Assembly (NCBI GenBank): GCA_031292375.1
Contig: JARLHF010000001.1
Coordinates: forward strand, 10,960-74,959
Reading direction: 5' to 3'
From: Chlamydiales bacterium
Lineage (GTDB): Bacteria; Chlamydiota; Chlamydiia; Chlamydiales; VFKH01
Length of the DNA: 64,000 nucleotides
Part shown: piece by piece, positions 1 to 8,780 of the stretch
Position numbering within the stretch: the first letter of the stretch is position 1
How the letters are laid out: each line of letters starts with the position of its first letter
Made by a program: the position numbers and the translations under genes
Notes under the pieces: generated by a model
Told to the model about the DNA's origin: nothing
Seen by the model: only the letters and a program-made list of their open reading frames with translations
The model's database searches: none

Positions 1-422
1 ACCAACTGAAGAATGTGATCATTCTGGCCCAAATAGAAATTCACTCTTACATGAGAATACTCTTCTCGAAATCTCTTCAAATAGGCGGGAATTACAGCAA
101 GGGAAAAACTGTGTGTACAGGCAAATTCAAGATTCCCTATCTGAAAAGACTCTTCTTGGGACAAGTTCTGTTGAAATTGGCTAACCCTCTTTAAGAGATC
201 AATGGCCTCTTTAAAAACACTCAATCCTTGGGGGGTTGGTCTCAAACGATTTGGATGGTGAGCTAGAAGAGCCACTCCTAACGATTTTTCAAGCTTGGAA
301 ATCCCCTGACTAATAGCTGATTGAGTGACAAAATTCGCTTTTGCAGCGGCAGATAAACCACCTAATCGAATAGCATCGCAAAAATATTTGAGATTCACCA
401 AATTTAATATTTCTTCTTTCAT
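1..422 (-). CDS. LysR-family transcriptional regulator, N-terminal ~140 aa (3' part lies beyond the window start)
   Basis: Minus-strand translation from ATG (cat at 420-422) reads MKEEILNLVNLKYFCDAIRLGGLSAAAKANFVTQSAISQGISKLEKSLGVALL..., a canonical LysR wHTH. Absent from the ORF track because there is no stop in the window. Divergent from uhpC. Confidence 0.85.
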   Translation of the reverse strand, partial: MKEEILNLVNLKYFCDAIRLGGLSAAAKANFVTQSAISQGISKLEKSLGVALLAHHPNRLRPTPQGLSVFKEAIDLLKRVSQFQQNLSQEESFQIGNLEFACTHSFSLAVIPAYLKRFREEYSHVRVNFYLGQNDHILQL

Positions 423-443
423 AAGACATTAATTTATCTTAAG

Positions 444-479
444 CATGGATTAACATCTATTAATTTTTCTTAATCCATG
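444..479. promoter_or_regulatory. Inverted repeat CATGGATTAA-N16-TTAATCCATG in the LysR/uhpC divergent intergenic region (candidate LysR operator)
   Basis: Perfect 10-bp arms read directly at 444-453 and 470-479. The position between divergent genes is typical of LysR autoregulatory sites. Confidence 0.4.
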
Positions 480-518
480 GAGTCGTTTACAATTTGGACA
501 TCTAAACCAAGGTATCCA

Positions 519-1862
519 ATGAATTTATTATTTAAGAAGCTAAAGCCCGCTCCTCATCTCCCGGAAATAGCAAACACGGCAATAGTTAAAGAAAAATATA
601 ACTATTGGCGTATCCGCATTTTATATTCAATGTTCATTGGGTACGCTTTTTATTATTTCTCTAGAAAAAGCTTTGTGTTTGCCATGCCCGGCATTATGCA
701 AGAATTGCAATTGGACAAAAGTCAACTTGGCATTGTAAGCAGCATTTTTGCGCTTACTTATGGAATAAGCAAATTCGCGAGCGGTGTGCTATCAGATCAA
801 TCTAACCCTCGCTATTTCATGGCTTTTGGCCTTATTTGCTCTGGGATTCTAACTATTTTTGTTGGATTTTCTTCCTCTCTTTATCTATTTGCAATTTTAT
901 GGGGACTTAATGGCTGGTTCCAGGGATTTGGTTCGCCTCCTTGTGTGAGGCTTCTTTCGCACTGGTATTCTCATTCTGAGCGTGGCTCGTGGTGGTCAAG
1001 TTGGACGGTATCACAAAATGTAGGCGCTTTTTTGATCCCTTGGATCGCAGGAATTTGCCTGCACTATTACAATTGGCAATTGGCTATGTTTGCTCCGGGG
1101 CTTTTATGTATCTTGGGCGGTTTTTTCCTCATTAACCGTTTGGCGGACACCCCCCAATCTCTTGGGCTTCCTCCAATTGAAAAATTTCGCAATGACTATA
1201 TAAGTCAGAAGCGTAATGACCATGAAGAAGAAGAGCTGTCAACTCGATCGCTCCTCTTAAGCGTCTTAAAGAATAAATGCATCTGGATACTTGCTGTTGC
1301 CTATTTCTTTATTTACACTGTACGTGTTGGAATAGAGAGCTGGACAGCGCTTTTTATGATTGAATCGGAAGGGTATACCCCTATTTATGCCTGTGGCTTA
1401 GTCTCTCTTTTTGAAGTGGGCGGTTTTTTTGGAGGACTTTCCGTAGGTTGGATATCAGACCGTCTCTTTAATGCAAAACGAGGCCCTGTCAATGCCTTAT
1501 TTGCAATCGTTTTGCTAGTTTCAATCCTTAGTTTTTGGTCTATGCCAAAAGGATGTGCCTGGCTCAATTCCTCTGTCATGTTCATTATCGGCTTTGCCAC
1601 TTTCGGACCTCAAATGTTGATCGGGATTGCGGTCACAGAATTGGCTCACAAAAAGGCATCCGCAACAGCCAATGGTTTTGCAGGATGGGTAGCCTATATT
1701 GGCGCTGCATCCGCGGGATTCCCCCTTGGCAAAATCATTGATTATTTAGGCTGGAAAGGTTTTTTTCTCTCAATGATCCTCTGTTCAGGTATCTCCATTA
1801 CCCTGCTTCTGTGGAGCATGACCTTTTCCCTCAAAAAAGAGATGAGTCAAATTTCTCCTTAG
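519..1862 (+). CDS. uhpC: MFS sugar-phosphate antiporter, UhpC/GlpT family
   Basis: Track ORF 477..1862. Collinear by eye with E. coli UhpC (YWRIRILYSMFIGYAFYYFSRKSF, SDQSNPRYFM, FQGFGSPPCVRLL, GPQMLIG). The Met at 519 aligns best with the UhpC N-terminus; 477 is the alternative start. Confidence 0.85.
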   Translation: MNLLFKKLKPAPHLPEIANTAIVKEKYNYWRIRILYSMFIGYAFYYFSRKSFVFAMPGIMQELQLDKSQLGIVSSIFALTYGISKFASGVLSDQSNPRYFMAFGLICSGILTIFVGFSSSLYLFAILWGLNGWFQGFGSPPCVRLLSHWYSHSERGSWWSSWTVSQNVGAFLIPWIAGICLHYYNWQLAMFAPGLLCILGGFFLINRLADTPQSLGLPPIEKFRNDYISQKRNDHEEEELSTRSLLLSVLKNKCIWILAVAYFFIYTVRVGIESWTALFMIESEGYTPIYACGLVSLFEVGGFFGGLSVGWISDRLFNAKRGPVNALFAIVLLVSILSFWSMPKGCAWLNSSVMFIIGFATFGPQMLIGIAVTELAHKKASATANGFAGWVAYIGAASAGFPLGKIIDYLGWKGFFLSMILCSGISITLLLWSMTFSLKKEMSQISP

Positions 1863-1981
1863 AATCAAAGATATTTTTTAACTCTAGGTTTTCTTGTAAA
1901 TGCGTTTTAGATCTAAGACTCTTTTTCAGAATTCTTTGTGGTTGGCTTCCTCACGTAAATACTGTAACCTATTGTAATCAT

Positions 1982-2320
1982 ATGATATACACAAACAAGT
2001 TCAAGAATTATTTGTGTATAATTATTTTGATAGATGAAATAGTCGAACATTTACCAAGAGGACGCGCTTATCTTGCGGATCAACTTCAAAGAGCAGGTAC
2101 TTCAGTGCTTCTCAATATTGCTGAAGGTGCTGGAGAATACTCTAGTAATGAGAAAGCTCGATTTTATCGAATGGCAAAACGATCTGCAACAGGATGTGCA
2201 GCGATTTTTGATGTATGTATCCGTTTAAAATTAGCTAACGAAGAACAATATAAACGAGGAAGAGAGCTATTGGTGCATATAGTAGCAATGCTTACAAAAA
2301 TGACTCAAGCATATAGTTAA
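1982..2320 (+). CDS. Four-helix-bundle protein (23S rRNA intervening-sequence protein / S23p family), apparently lacking its native N-terminus
   Basis: The C-terminal ~95 aa (IVEHLPRGRAYLADQLQRAGTSVLLNIAEGAGEYSSNEKARFYRMAKRSATGCAAIFDVC...) match the family pattern (L.RA..SI..NIAEG......E...F...A.GS..E). The first codons after the ATG at 1982 are encoded by the repeat itself. The upstream part of track ORF 1811.. looks non-coding. Confidence 0.6.
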   Translation: MIYTNKFKNYLCIIILIDEIVEHLPRGRAYLADQLQRAGTSVLLNIAEGAGEYSSNEKARFYRMAKRSATGCAAIFDVCIRLKLANEEQYKRGRELLVHIVAMLTKMTQAYS

Positions 2321-2375
2321 GGGGATTAATCGGGCAATGGCACGTATAAACAATTCTTGAACTTGTTTGTGTATA
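1986..2375. mobile_element. TIR-bounded ~390-bp unit carrying a four-helix-bundle ORF (IVS-like element of the TACACAAACAAGTTCAAGAATT repeat family)
   Basis: Left end is TATACACAAACAAGTTCAAGAATTATTTGTGTATA (1986-2020). Right end is its inverted copy CAATTCTTGAACTTGTTTGTGTATA (2351-2375). The same termini bound the MITE at 23010-23171. TA dinucleotides sit on both flanks. Confidence 0.5.
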
Positions 2376-2514
2376 AATAATAACAGGGTAGACAGGATCA
2401 GCCGAAACGGCTAGCAGGATAGCCTTTGATTAAAAAAGCAATGTTTCTTAAAAAATGCTTTCTTGCCCTATCCTATCAGCCGTTTCGGCTGATCCTGTCT
2501 ACCCTGTTATTATT
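2376..2514. repeat. 139-bp palindromic element: perfect 37-bp inverted arms with a 65-bp partly self-complementary spacer
   Basis: AATAATAACAGGGTAGACAGGATCAGCCGAAACGGCT (2376-2412) is the exact reverse complement of 2478-2514. AGGATAG/CTATCCT extends the stem. Each arm also holds a mini-hairpin (AGCCG-AAA-CGGCT). It sits between convergent genes. Confidence 0.8.
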
Positions 2515-2544
2515 AATTATTTTAAAGTTTTTGCGTAACATAAG

Positions 2545-3339
2545 TTAAGAATAGAAATAATCGATTTCCTCATTTTTTTTAGGGCCGATTACCCTCCAAT
2601 TCAATCGAAGATTATACTGGTTAAAATGAATCTGCCCAAAATAAGTATCTCCTTCACAAAGATGCGAATCGACAGACGACAGGGAATGTTTATCAGAAGG
2701 CGCAAGGTGAAAAAGAAAAACAGGATGATCTGGACCTCGACGTAAATGTTCCAAAGAAATCACGCCAGCATTGCGATCTAAGGTCCAACGAAATATGTTG
2801 CTAAAACTGACCTCTCCACCCTGCTTGCCTTGCCAAGTCCCTTTTTCATTAAAGATTAACGTATTGGAACCATCCCTTAACATGACGACATCACCTTGAC
2901 CTTTCCCATTCCATCCTTTTTCTTCTTTAGATTTTGTCCTCGCATGGAAGGTAAGCTGAGTAATGCTCGTGAGCTTCTCCCAGAAAGCCAGGAGAATCTG
3001 AGCTTTATTTTCTTGATAGGCTGATGATGTTTTAAACCCCTCCTTTACAACATAGTATTCTTTCTTGTTATGGGCTGGAAGCAGAGTATATGCTTTTTTT
3101 AGCAACTGTTCAAGTTCGCTCATTAAGGGATAAGATGGGTTAAATTGATACAGACGAGTCTTTCCTTCATAATAGCTTGTAATGAGCCCACCTTTTTCCA
3201 AACGATTCAATGCCTTTTGAAGAGGTGTAAGCGATGTGTCAAGAGATCGATGCAATTGGGTCCCATAGCATTTTCCATTTACAAACAGGAAAATCAGGAT
3301 TCTTTGAACATTTTTGTTGCCGCATAAGACTTCAAGCAT
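2545..3339 (-). CDS. Winged-helix (MarR/ArsR-like) DNA-binding protein with an uncharacterised C-terminal domain; candidate regulator of the divergent bio operon
   Basis: N-terminus NVQRILIFLFVNGKCYGTQLHRSLDTSLTPLQKALNRLEKGGLITSYYEGKTRLYQFN is a wHTH pattern. The C-terminal ~150 aa has no recognised catalytic motif. ATG at 3339; the track start at 3348 is TTG. Confidence 0.55.
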   Translation of the reverse strand: MLEVLCGNKNVQRILIFLFVNGKCYGTQLHRSLDTSLTPLQKALNRLEKGGLITSYYEGKTRLYQFNPSYPLMSELEQLLKKAYTLLPAHNKKEYYVVKEGFKTSSAYQENKAQILLAFWEKLTSITQLTFHARTKSKEEKGWNGKGQGDVVMLRDGSNTLIFNEKGTWQGKQGGEVSFSNIFRWTLDRNAGVISLEHLRRGPDHPVFLFHLAPSDKHSLSSVDSHLCEGDTYFGQIHFNQYNLRLNWRVIGPKKNEEIDYFYS

Positions 3340-3367
3340 AAAAAACAACCTTCTTTCGAATTTTTAT

Positions 3368-3384
3368 AAACTACTTTTTAGTTT
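3368..3384. promoter_or_regulatory. Palindromic site AAACTA-N5-TAGTTT, copy 1
   Basis: AAACTACTTTTTAGTTT read directly. It lies inside a 24-bp direct repeat (TTTTATAAACTAYTTTTYTAGTTT) shared with 3449-3472. Confidence 0.4.
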
Positions 3385-3455
3385 TTCAGAATCGCATCAT
3401 TTCCTTCGATAAAATCAGAAAAAGATCCATTTCTAAACTATTTTCGATTTTTTAT

Positions 3456-3472
3456 AAACTATTTTCTAGTTT
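3456..3472. promoter_or_regulatory. Palindromic site AAACTA-N5-TAGTTT, copy 2
   Basis: AAACTATTTTCTAGTTT, about 30 bp upstream of the predicted bioB -35. An extra half-site AAACTA is at 3435-3440. Confidence 0.4.
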
Positions 3473-3501
3473 CAACAAGTCAATTTATGGATCATTTCCT
3501 A

Positions 3502-3530
3502 TTGAAAATAGTAAAAAACCAGGCTAAAAT
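3502..3530 (+). promoter_or_regulatory. Sigma-70-like promoter for the bio operon (TTGAAA-17 bp-TAAAAT)
   Basis: TTGAAA at 3502-3507 and TAAAAT at 3525-3530 with an exact 17-bp spacer. A GGAGG RBS precedes the bioB ATG at 3573. Confidence 0.4.
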
Positions 3531-3572
3531 CCATATTTCAAATACAAAACAGCTGAAATATGGGAGGCTTAA

Positions 3573-4544
3573 ATGTCTATCAGACATGACTGGACTATTG
3601 AAGAATTAAAACAATTATATGCAATGCCCCTTCTTGAACTCATTGCAAAATCCAATCTTTTTCACAATCAGTTCCATGAACCAACTCAAGTTCAAGTTTG
3701 TAGTCTAATCTCCATTAAAACAGGAGGATGCCCTGAAGATTGCAAATACTGCGCCCAGTCATCTCGTTATCAAACATCTGTCTCTGCTCAACTAATGATG
3801 CAATATAAGACCGTCCTCAATGAAGCAAAAAAAGCCGCTGAACGAGGGGCCACTCGAGTTTGCTTGGGAGCTGCCTGGAGAGAAGTGCGTGATAGCAAGC
3901 AATTTGAAGAAGTACTCCAAATGGTTAAAGGGGTTACCGATTTGGGTGTAGAAGTATGTTGTACTTTGGGAATGCTTAAAGAGAATCAAGCTGAGCAGCT
4001 TAAAGAAGCTGGACTATACGCCTATAATCATAACCTTGATTCCTCTGAAAAGTTTTATAAAACAGTCATTACGACACGAACTTATCAAGATCGGTTAAAT
4101 ACATTAGACATTGTCGAGAAAGCCAATTTAAACGTCTGTTGCGGTGGCATCTTAGGACTGGGAGAAGAGCCTATAGACCGACTAGAACTCCTACTAACGT
4201 TGTGCAGGCGAAATCCCCATCCTGAATCTGTCCCTATCAATCGATTAAGTCAAATTCCTGGCACACCCCTTGAAAATCAACCAAAAGTATCTATTTGGGA
4301 AATGGTCCGTGTCATTGCTGTGGCTCGCATCGTTTTACCTGAGGCAATGATTCGATTATCTTGTGGACGCATTGAAATGTCCTATGAGCAACAAGCATTA
4401 TGTTTTCTAGCTGGTGCCAATTCGATTTTTGCAGGCGAAAAGCTTTTAACAGTCGCCAATACTCCTGTTGACAAAGATGAGGAAATGTTCCAGCTCTTAG
4501 GCCTTAAGAAGCAACCTGCATTTGCCAAGGGCTACTCAAAATGA
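3573..4544 (+). CDS. bioB: Biotin synthase (radical SAM)
   Basis: [11 protein letters not shown] radical-SAM CxxxCxxC motif. Overall collinearity with BioB ([14 protein letters not shown]). Its stop overlaps the bioF start (ATGA). Confidence 0.95.
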   Translation: MSIRHDWTIEELKQLYAMPLLELIAKSNLFHNQFHEPTQVQVCSLISIKTGGCPEDCKYCAQSSRYQTSVSAQLMMQYKTVLNEAKKAAERGATRVCLGAAWREVRDSKQFEEVLQMVKGVTDLGVEVCCTLGMLKENQAEQLKEAGLYAYNHNLDSSEKFYKTVITTRTYQDRLNTLDIVEKANLNVCCGGILGLGEEPIDRLELLLTLCRRNPHPESVPINRLSQIPGTPLENQPKVSIWEMVRVIAVARIVLPEAMIRLSCGRIEMSYEQQALCFLAGANSIFAGEKLLTVANTPVDKDEEMFQLLGLKKQPAFAKGYSK

Positions 4545-5668
4545 CATTACATCTAGAAAATAGATTACAGAAACGCACAAAACTGGGAAATCTACGAACC
4601 TTAAAAATTACCCAGCCAATTATCGATTTTTCTTCTAATGACTACCTGGGGCTTGCTCGCTCCCCTCAACTAGCCACATCTGTTTTCCAAGAATGGGAAG
4701 CACACTTAAGCCATCTCAATGGGCTAGGATCAACAGGCTCTCGTTTACTGACAGGTAATTCGATCTACGCTCAAGAGTTAGAGGAGAAGATTGCCAAATT
4801 CCATGGCTACGAGGCAGGACTGCTATTCAGCTGTGGATATATGGCTAATGTAGGTCTTCTCTCAACAATTACAAGTCAAGAAAGTGTCATCTTCTTTGAT
4901 GCTGCAATACATGCTTCCACTCATGATGGGACCCGCTTAAGCCGAGCCAAAGCATTTCCTTTTAGGCATAATGATCTCAGGTCTCTTGAAAATCGCCTTA
5001 AAAGCTGCCTCTCTCAAAAAGATTGCTTTATTTGCATTGAATCCATCTATTCCACCGATGGTTCCATGGCCCCACTCACTGAAATCAGTCAACTTGCCAG
5101 AGAATATAAGGCTCATCTCATCGTAGATGAAGCTCACGCTGTAGGAGCTTGTGGACCACAAGGACGAGGTCTTGTCGCAGAACACAACCTTATGGCTCAT
5201 GTTTTTGCTCAAGTGACAACCTTTGGAAAAGCACTTGGCACTTACGGAGCCATTGTTCTTGGCAATCATACCTTAAAGCAAGCGCTCATCAATTTTGCAA
5301 CACCTTATATTTATACAACAGCTCTTCCCTTTCAAACACTTGCAGCCATCAAATGTAGCTACGATTTATTCCCGGAAATGTCTCAGGAACGAAATCAATT
5401 GCAAAAGCTCATTCAAATTTTTCGTGCATCCTATCCAAGTTCTTCTATGAGCCATATCCAATCTGTGTCAATTGAGGGAAACGAATCCATAAAGCAAGCA
5501 GCTCAAGCTATTATCAAAAAAGGATTTGATATAAGACCTCTCATGAGTCCAACAGTCCAGAGAGGACATGAAGTGCTCCGTGTCTGCCTACACGCTTTTA
5601 ATACAAATGATGAACTAGCACAGTTAATAAACAACATCCAACTCCATAGGAGTCCTTGCTATGCATAA
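4541..5668 (+). CDS. bioF: 8-amino-7-oxononanoate synthase
   Basis: PLP-dependent alpha-oxoamine synthase pattern: [32 protein letters not shown] (PLP lysine). Confidence 0.9.
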   Translation: MTLHLENRLQKRTKLGNLRTLKITQPIIDFSSNDYLGLARSPQLATSVFQEWEAHLSHLNGLGSTGSRLLTGNSIYAQELEEKIAKFHGYEAGLLFSCGYMANVGLLSTITSQESVIFFDAAIHASTHDGTRLSRAKAFPFRHNDLRSLENRLKSCLSQKDCFICIESIYSTDGSMAPLTEISQLAREYKAHLIVDEAHAVGACGPQGRGLVAEHNLMAHVFAQVTTFGKALGTYGAIVLGNHTLKQALINFATPYIYTTALPFQTLAAIKCSYDLFPEMSQERNQLQKLIQIFRASYPSSSMSHIQSVSIEGNESIKQAAQAIIKKGFDIRPLMSPTVQRGHEVLRVCLHAFNTNDELAQLINNIQLHRSPCYA

Positions 5669-6290
5669 AATTATGGTAGCAGGAATAGGCACTGATGTGG
5701 GAAAAACGGTGGTTAGCACCGTCCTTGCTATTCTTTTGAATGGTGATTATTGGAAACCAATTCAATGTGGCGATGAGGAAAATTCTGATACCATTATGGT
5801 AAAAAGATGGCTCGATACAACGACACATACTATCCACCCACCTGCTTACTCTTTAAAGGCACCCTTATCACCTCATCAAGCAGCTCGCTTAGAAAACACT
5901 CTAATTAGGCTAGATTCCATCATCCTGCCACAAACAACACGTCCCTTGATCATCGAAGGCGTCGGCGGTATTCTTGTTCCTCTAACTCCAAAAATTTCTA
6001 GTATAGACCTGTTCAAATCCTGGGATTGTCAATGGATTATTGTTTCAAAGCATTATCTTGGTAGTATTAATCATACCCTTCTTACCATTGAAGTCTTAAA
6101 AAAGCTTTGCCTTCCTATCCTTGGCATCATTTTTAATGGAGAACACAACCCCGATAGCGAGTCCGCCATCTTAGAAATTTCACAAGTTTCTGTTTTAGGA
6201 AAACTACTTCCTGAAGCCAATTTAAACCCTCAAACCATTCAAAGGTATGCAAAACAATGGCAACCACTCTTTTCCAAACTCCTTCTTTAA
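5661..6290 (+). CDS. bioD: Dethiobiotin synthetase
   Basis: GTDVGKT P-loop at the N-terminus, IIEGVGG motif, ~209 aa, sits between bioF and bioA. Confidence 0.9.
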   Translation: MHKIMVAGIGTDVGKTVVSTVLAILLNGDYWKPIQCGDEENSDTIMVKRWLDTTTHTIHPPAYSLKAPLSPHQAARLENTLIRLDSIILPQTTRPLIIEGVGGILVPLTPKISSIDLFKSWDCQWIIVSKHYLGSINHTLLTIEVLKKLCLPILGIIFNGEHNPDSESAILEISQVSVLGKLLPEANLNPQTIQRYAKQWQPLFSKLLL

Positions 6291-7552
6291 TTGAAAAGGA
6301 TCGCGCTTGCATTTGGCATCCGTTTACTCAAATGCATATAGCACGTCCACCAATCCCTATCATTCGAGCTAAAGGCCCCTATCTTTATGCTGAAAATGGA
6401 AGTAGGTATTTGGATGCCATTTCCTCCTGGTGGGTCAATCTTCACGGACATGCTCACCCTTATATTATTGAGAAAATCAAATCTCAGGCCGAAGTATTAG
6501 AACATGTGATTTTTGCAGACTTTACTCATGCCCCAGCAGTTGAATTAGCATCTAAGCTCCTTTCGATCCTCCCTGGAGCTATGTCAAAAGTCTTCTATTC
6601 AGATAATGGATCAACAACCGTTGAGGTTGCCCTCAAAATAGCACTACAATATTGGCATAATCGCAACACTCCTAAGACAAAAATTATTTGCTTCAAAAAT
6701 AGCTACCACGGTGACACTTTTGGAGCCATGTCAGCTGCAGGGAGAAACGAATTCAATAGACCATTCTGGAAACATCTTTTTGATGTTGAGTCGATAGATC
6801 CGCCTCTAAAGGGCCAAGAAGATCTTTCTTTATTGCAACTTCGATCCATTCTAAATCAAGGCAACGTCGCTTGCTTTATTTTTGAGCCACTTGTGCTAGG
6901 ATCTGGAGGGATGATTATGTATCCACCACAGGGACTAGATAAACTCATCCAATGCTGTAGGCAATATCATGTTTTAACTATTGCTGATGAAGTCATGACA
7001 GGATTTGGTCGCACCGGAACTCTTTTTGCCTGCCAGCAGCTAACTGAAAATCCAGATCTTATTTGTTTATCCAAAGGACTAACAGGGGGCTTTTTACCGT
7101 TGGGAGTCACTGCTTGTACAGAAGAAATTTTTAATACCTTTTTGAGTGATCAGATTTCCCAAGCATTTCTTCATGGCCATTCTTACACAGCCAACCCTCT
7201 TGCCTGTAGTAGTGCTCTTGCTAGCCTTGACCTTCTCTTGGATAATAACTGTTCTCTACAAAGGGAGATGATTGAAGCTTGTCACCAAGATTTTTGTAAT
7301 CAATGGCGCTTTCATCCCAAACTAAAGCGGTGTGAACATCTTGGAACGATTTTAGCTTTGGAATACCAGACGAAAAGTCGTTCCTATTTTCAATCAATCC
7401 GTGATCGTCTCTATTATTTTTTCCTCAATAAAGGAATTTTGCTTCGTCCTTTAGGTAGCGTACTTTATGTGCTACCTCCTTATTGCATTCAAGCAAATGA
7501 ACTACAATTTATTTACGCTCAGATCATTCTCACTCTTGAAGAAAATTTATGA
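6257..7552 (+). CDS. bioA: Adenosylmethionine-8-amino-7-oxononanoate aminotransferase
   Basis: Class-III aminotransferase motifs: WHPFTQM, SWWVNLHGH, DEVMTGFGRTG, LSKGLTGG. Confidence 0.9.
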   Translation: MATTLFQTPSLIEKDRACIWHPFTQMHIARPPIPIIRAKGPYLYAENGSRYLDAISSWWVNLHGHAHPYIIEKIKSQAEVLEHVIFADFTHAPAVELASKLLSILPGAMSKVFYSDNGSTTVEVALKIALQYWHNRNTPKTKIICFKNSYHGDTFGAMSAAGRNEFNRPFWKHLFDVESIDPPLKGQEDLSLLQLRSILNQGNVACFIFEPLVLGSGGMIMYPPQGLDKLIQCCRQYHVLTIADEVMTGFGRTGTLFACQQLTENPDLICLSKGLTGGFLPLGVTACTEEIFNTFLSDQISQAFLHGHSYTANPLACSSALASLDLLLDNNCSLQREMIEACHQDFCNQWRFHPKLKRCEHLGTILALEYQTKSRSYFQSIRDRLYYFFLNKGILLRPLGSVLYVLPPYCIQANELQFIYAQIILTLEENL

Positions 7553-8223
7553 CTTCATTTACTTCTAACGCCTATCAAATTGAGCAGCTTCTAACTACTA
7601 TTGTTGCTTCCAATACGTTGCATGCTAAATGGCTCAATACTCTTTCTTTTCTTGAAAACTGCGGGGCTAGGAAAATCGCAGCTTGTGAGCATCCTACACT
7701 TGTAAAAGAAGAAATGCTTAAACATGCAGCAGAAGAATTTCGTCATGCCCATCATTTAAAGTGCCAGATTAAAAGAGTTTCCTCTAACCCAATGGACACC
7801 TATTCTCCTTTCTTTATGCTCGGAGAAGCTGCAGCTCTGCATTATTTGACAGCCTTAGACTTAAAAGCATCACGCTATCTTAAGATGCTCGGGCTTTCTA
7901 GGCATTCCATTAAAGAAGCAGCCTATCTACTTGTTACCTATGCAATAGAGCTTCGAGCTGACGAGCTTTACCCAATCTATGATAAGGTCCTTCGTAAAGC
8001 GGGTTCGCGTGTTGCAGTTAAATCCATCCTTTTAGAAGAAAAAGAACACCTCAATGAAATGAAAGAGGGATTGAAGCAACTTCCTTCAGGATTTACACAT
8101 GCAGCATATGTCTGTGCAATAGAGAGCGATTTATGCAAGCTGTGGCTGGCCGGAGTTGCCAAAAGTATACATCGAGTAATTCCCGCAGCAAAGAATTCCT
8201 CGATGTATAAACCAGTAGACTAA
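7549..8223 (+). CDS. Ferritin-like di-iron four-helix-bundle protein of unknown function, translationally coupled to bioA
   Basis: The start overlaps the bioA stop (ATGA). The sequence shows the E...ExxH...E...ExxH arrangement (LENCGARK, AAEEFRHAHH, AIELRADE, LLEEKEHL). Confidence 0.6.
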   Translation: MTSFTSNAYQIEQLLTTIVASNTLHAKWLNTLSFLENCGARKIAACEHPTLVKEEMLKHAAEEFRHAHHLKCQIKRVSSNPMDTYSPFFMLGEAAALHYLTALDLKASRYLKMLGLSRHSIKEAAYLLVTYAIELRADELYPIYDKVLRKAGSRVAVKSILLEEKEHLNEMKEGLKQLPSGFTHAAYVCAIESDLCKLWLAGVAKSIHRVIPAAKNSSMYKPVD

Positions 8224-8270
8224 AAGCCATAAGCCATTTATCATCCTACCCATAGCGGTTGGATAAAATA

Positions 8271-8723
8271 ATGGCGCGCGCCCAAGACATCAAAGTTTAC
8301 GAACAAAAACCAAATGATTTCTCACACAAAGTAGAAGTAGCTGCGACCTATGTAAACGTGAGGGGCAAGTTGTTATTACTAGAACTTTCCCATAATAAGT
8401 CTGAGGCTGGAGCTTGGGGTGTACCTGCAGGAAAGCTTGAAGAAAATGAAACCTCCTTAAACGGTGCCAAAAGAGAACTATTAGAAGAGACTAGTATTGA
8501 TGTTTCAAAAAATCAATTTCAATCATTCGGTCAGCTATATATTCGTAAACCAGATATTGATTACATCTATCACGTTTTCTCAGTTCGTTTAGCTAAGCTG
8601 CCGACTATCATCCTATCTTCTGAGCATTTATCATACAAGTGGGTCTCTTTGAAAGAGGCTGAAAACCTACCTTTGATGGATGGTGCACAGCAGGCCTTGG
8701 ACTTTTATTACCGGCACTTATAG
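8271..8723 (+). CDS. NUDIX hydrolase
   Basis: Intact Nudix box GKLEENETSLNGAKRELLEETSI (Gx5Ex7REUxEExGU). ATG at 8271; the track start at 8259 is TTG. Confidence 0.85.
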   Translation: MARAQDIKVYEQKPNDFSHKVEVAATYVNVRGKLLLLELSHNKSEAGAWGVPAGKLEENETSLNGAKRELLEETSIDVSKNQFQSFGQLYIRKPDIDYIYHVFSVRLAKLPTIILSSEHLSYKWVSLKEAENLPLMDGAQQALDFYYRHL

Positions 8724-8780
8724 TTTCTAAATGTGAGTAATTTATTGATTTAAATTTTCTGATATATTTTGATCAACGGT

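Noticed and set aside
1811-1981. The N-terminal 57 codons of track ORF 1811..2320
   Set aside because: It overlaps the uhpC 3' end, has no similarity to the four-helix-bundle family and runs through the repeat. Only the region from about 1982/2028 onward looks like real coding sequence.
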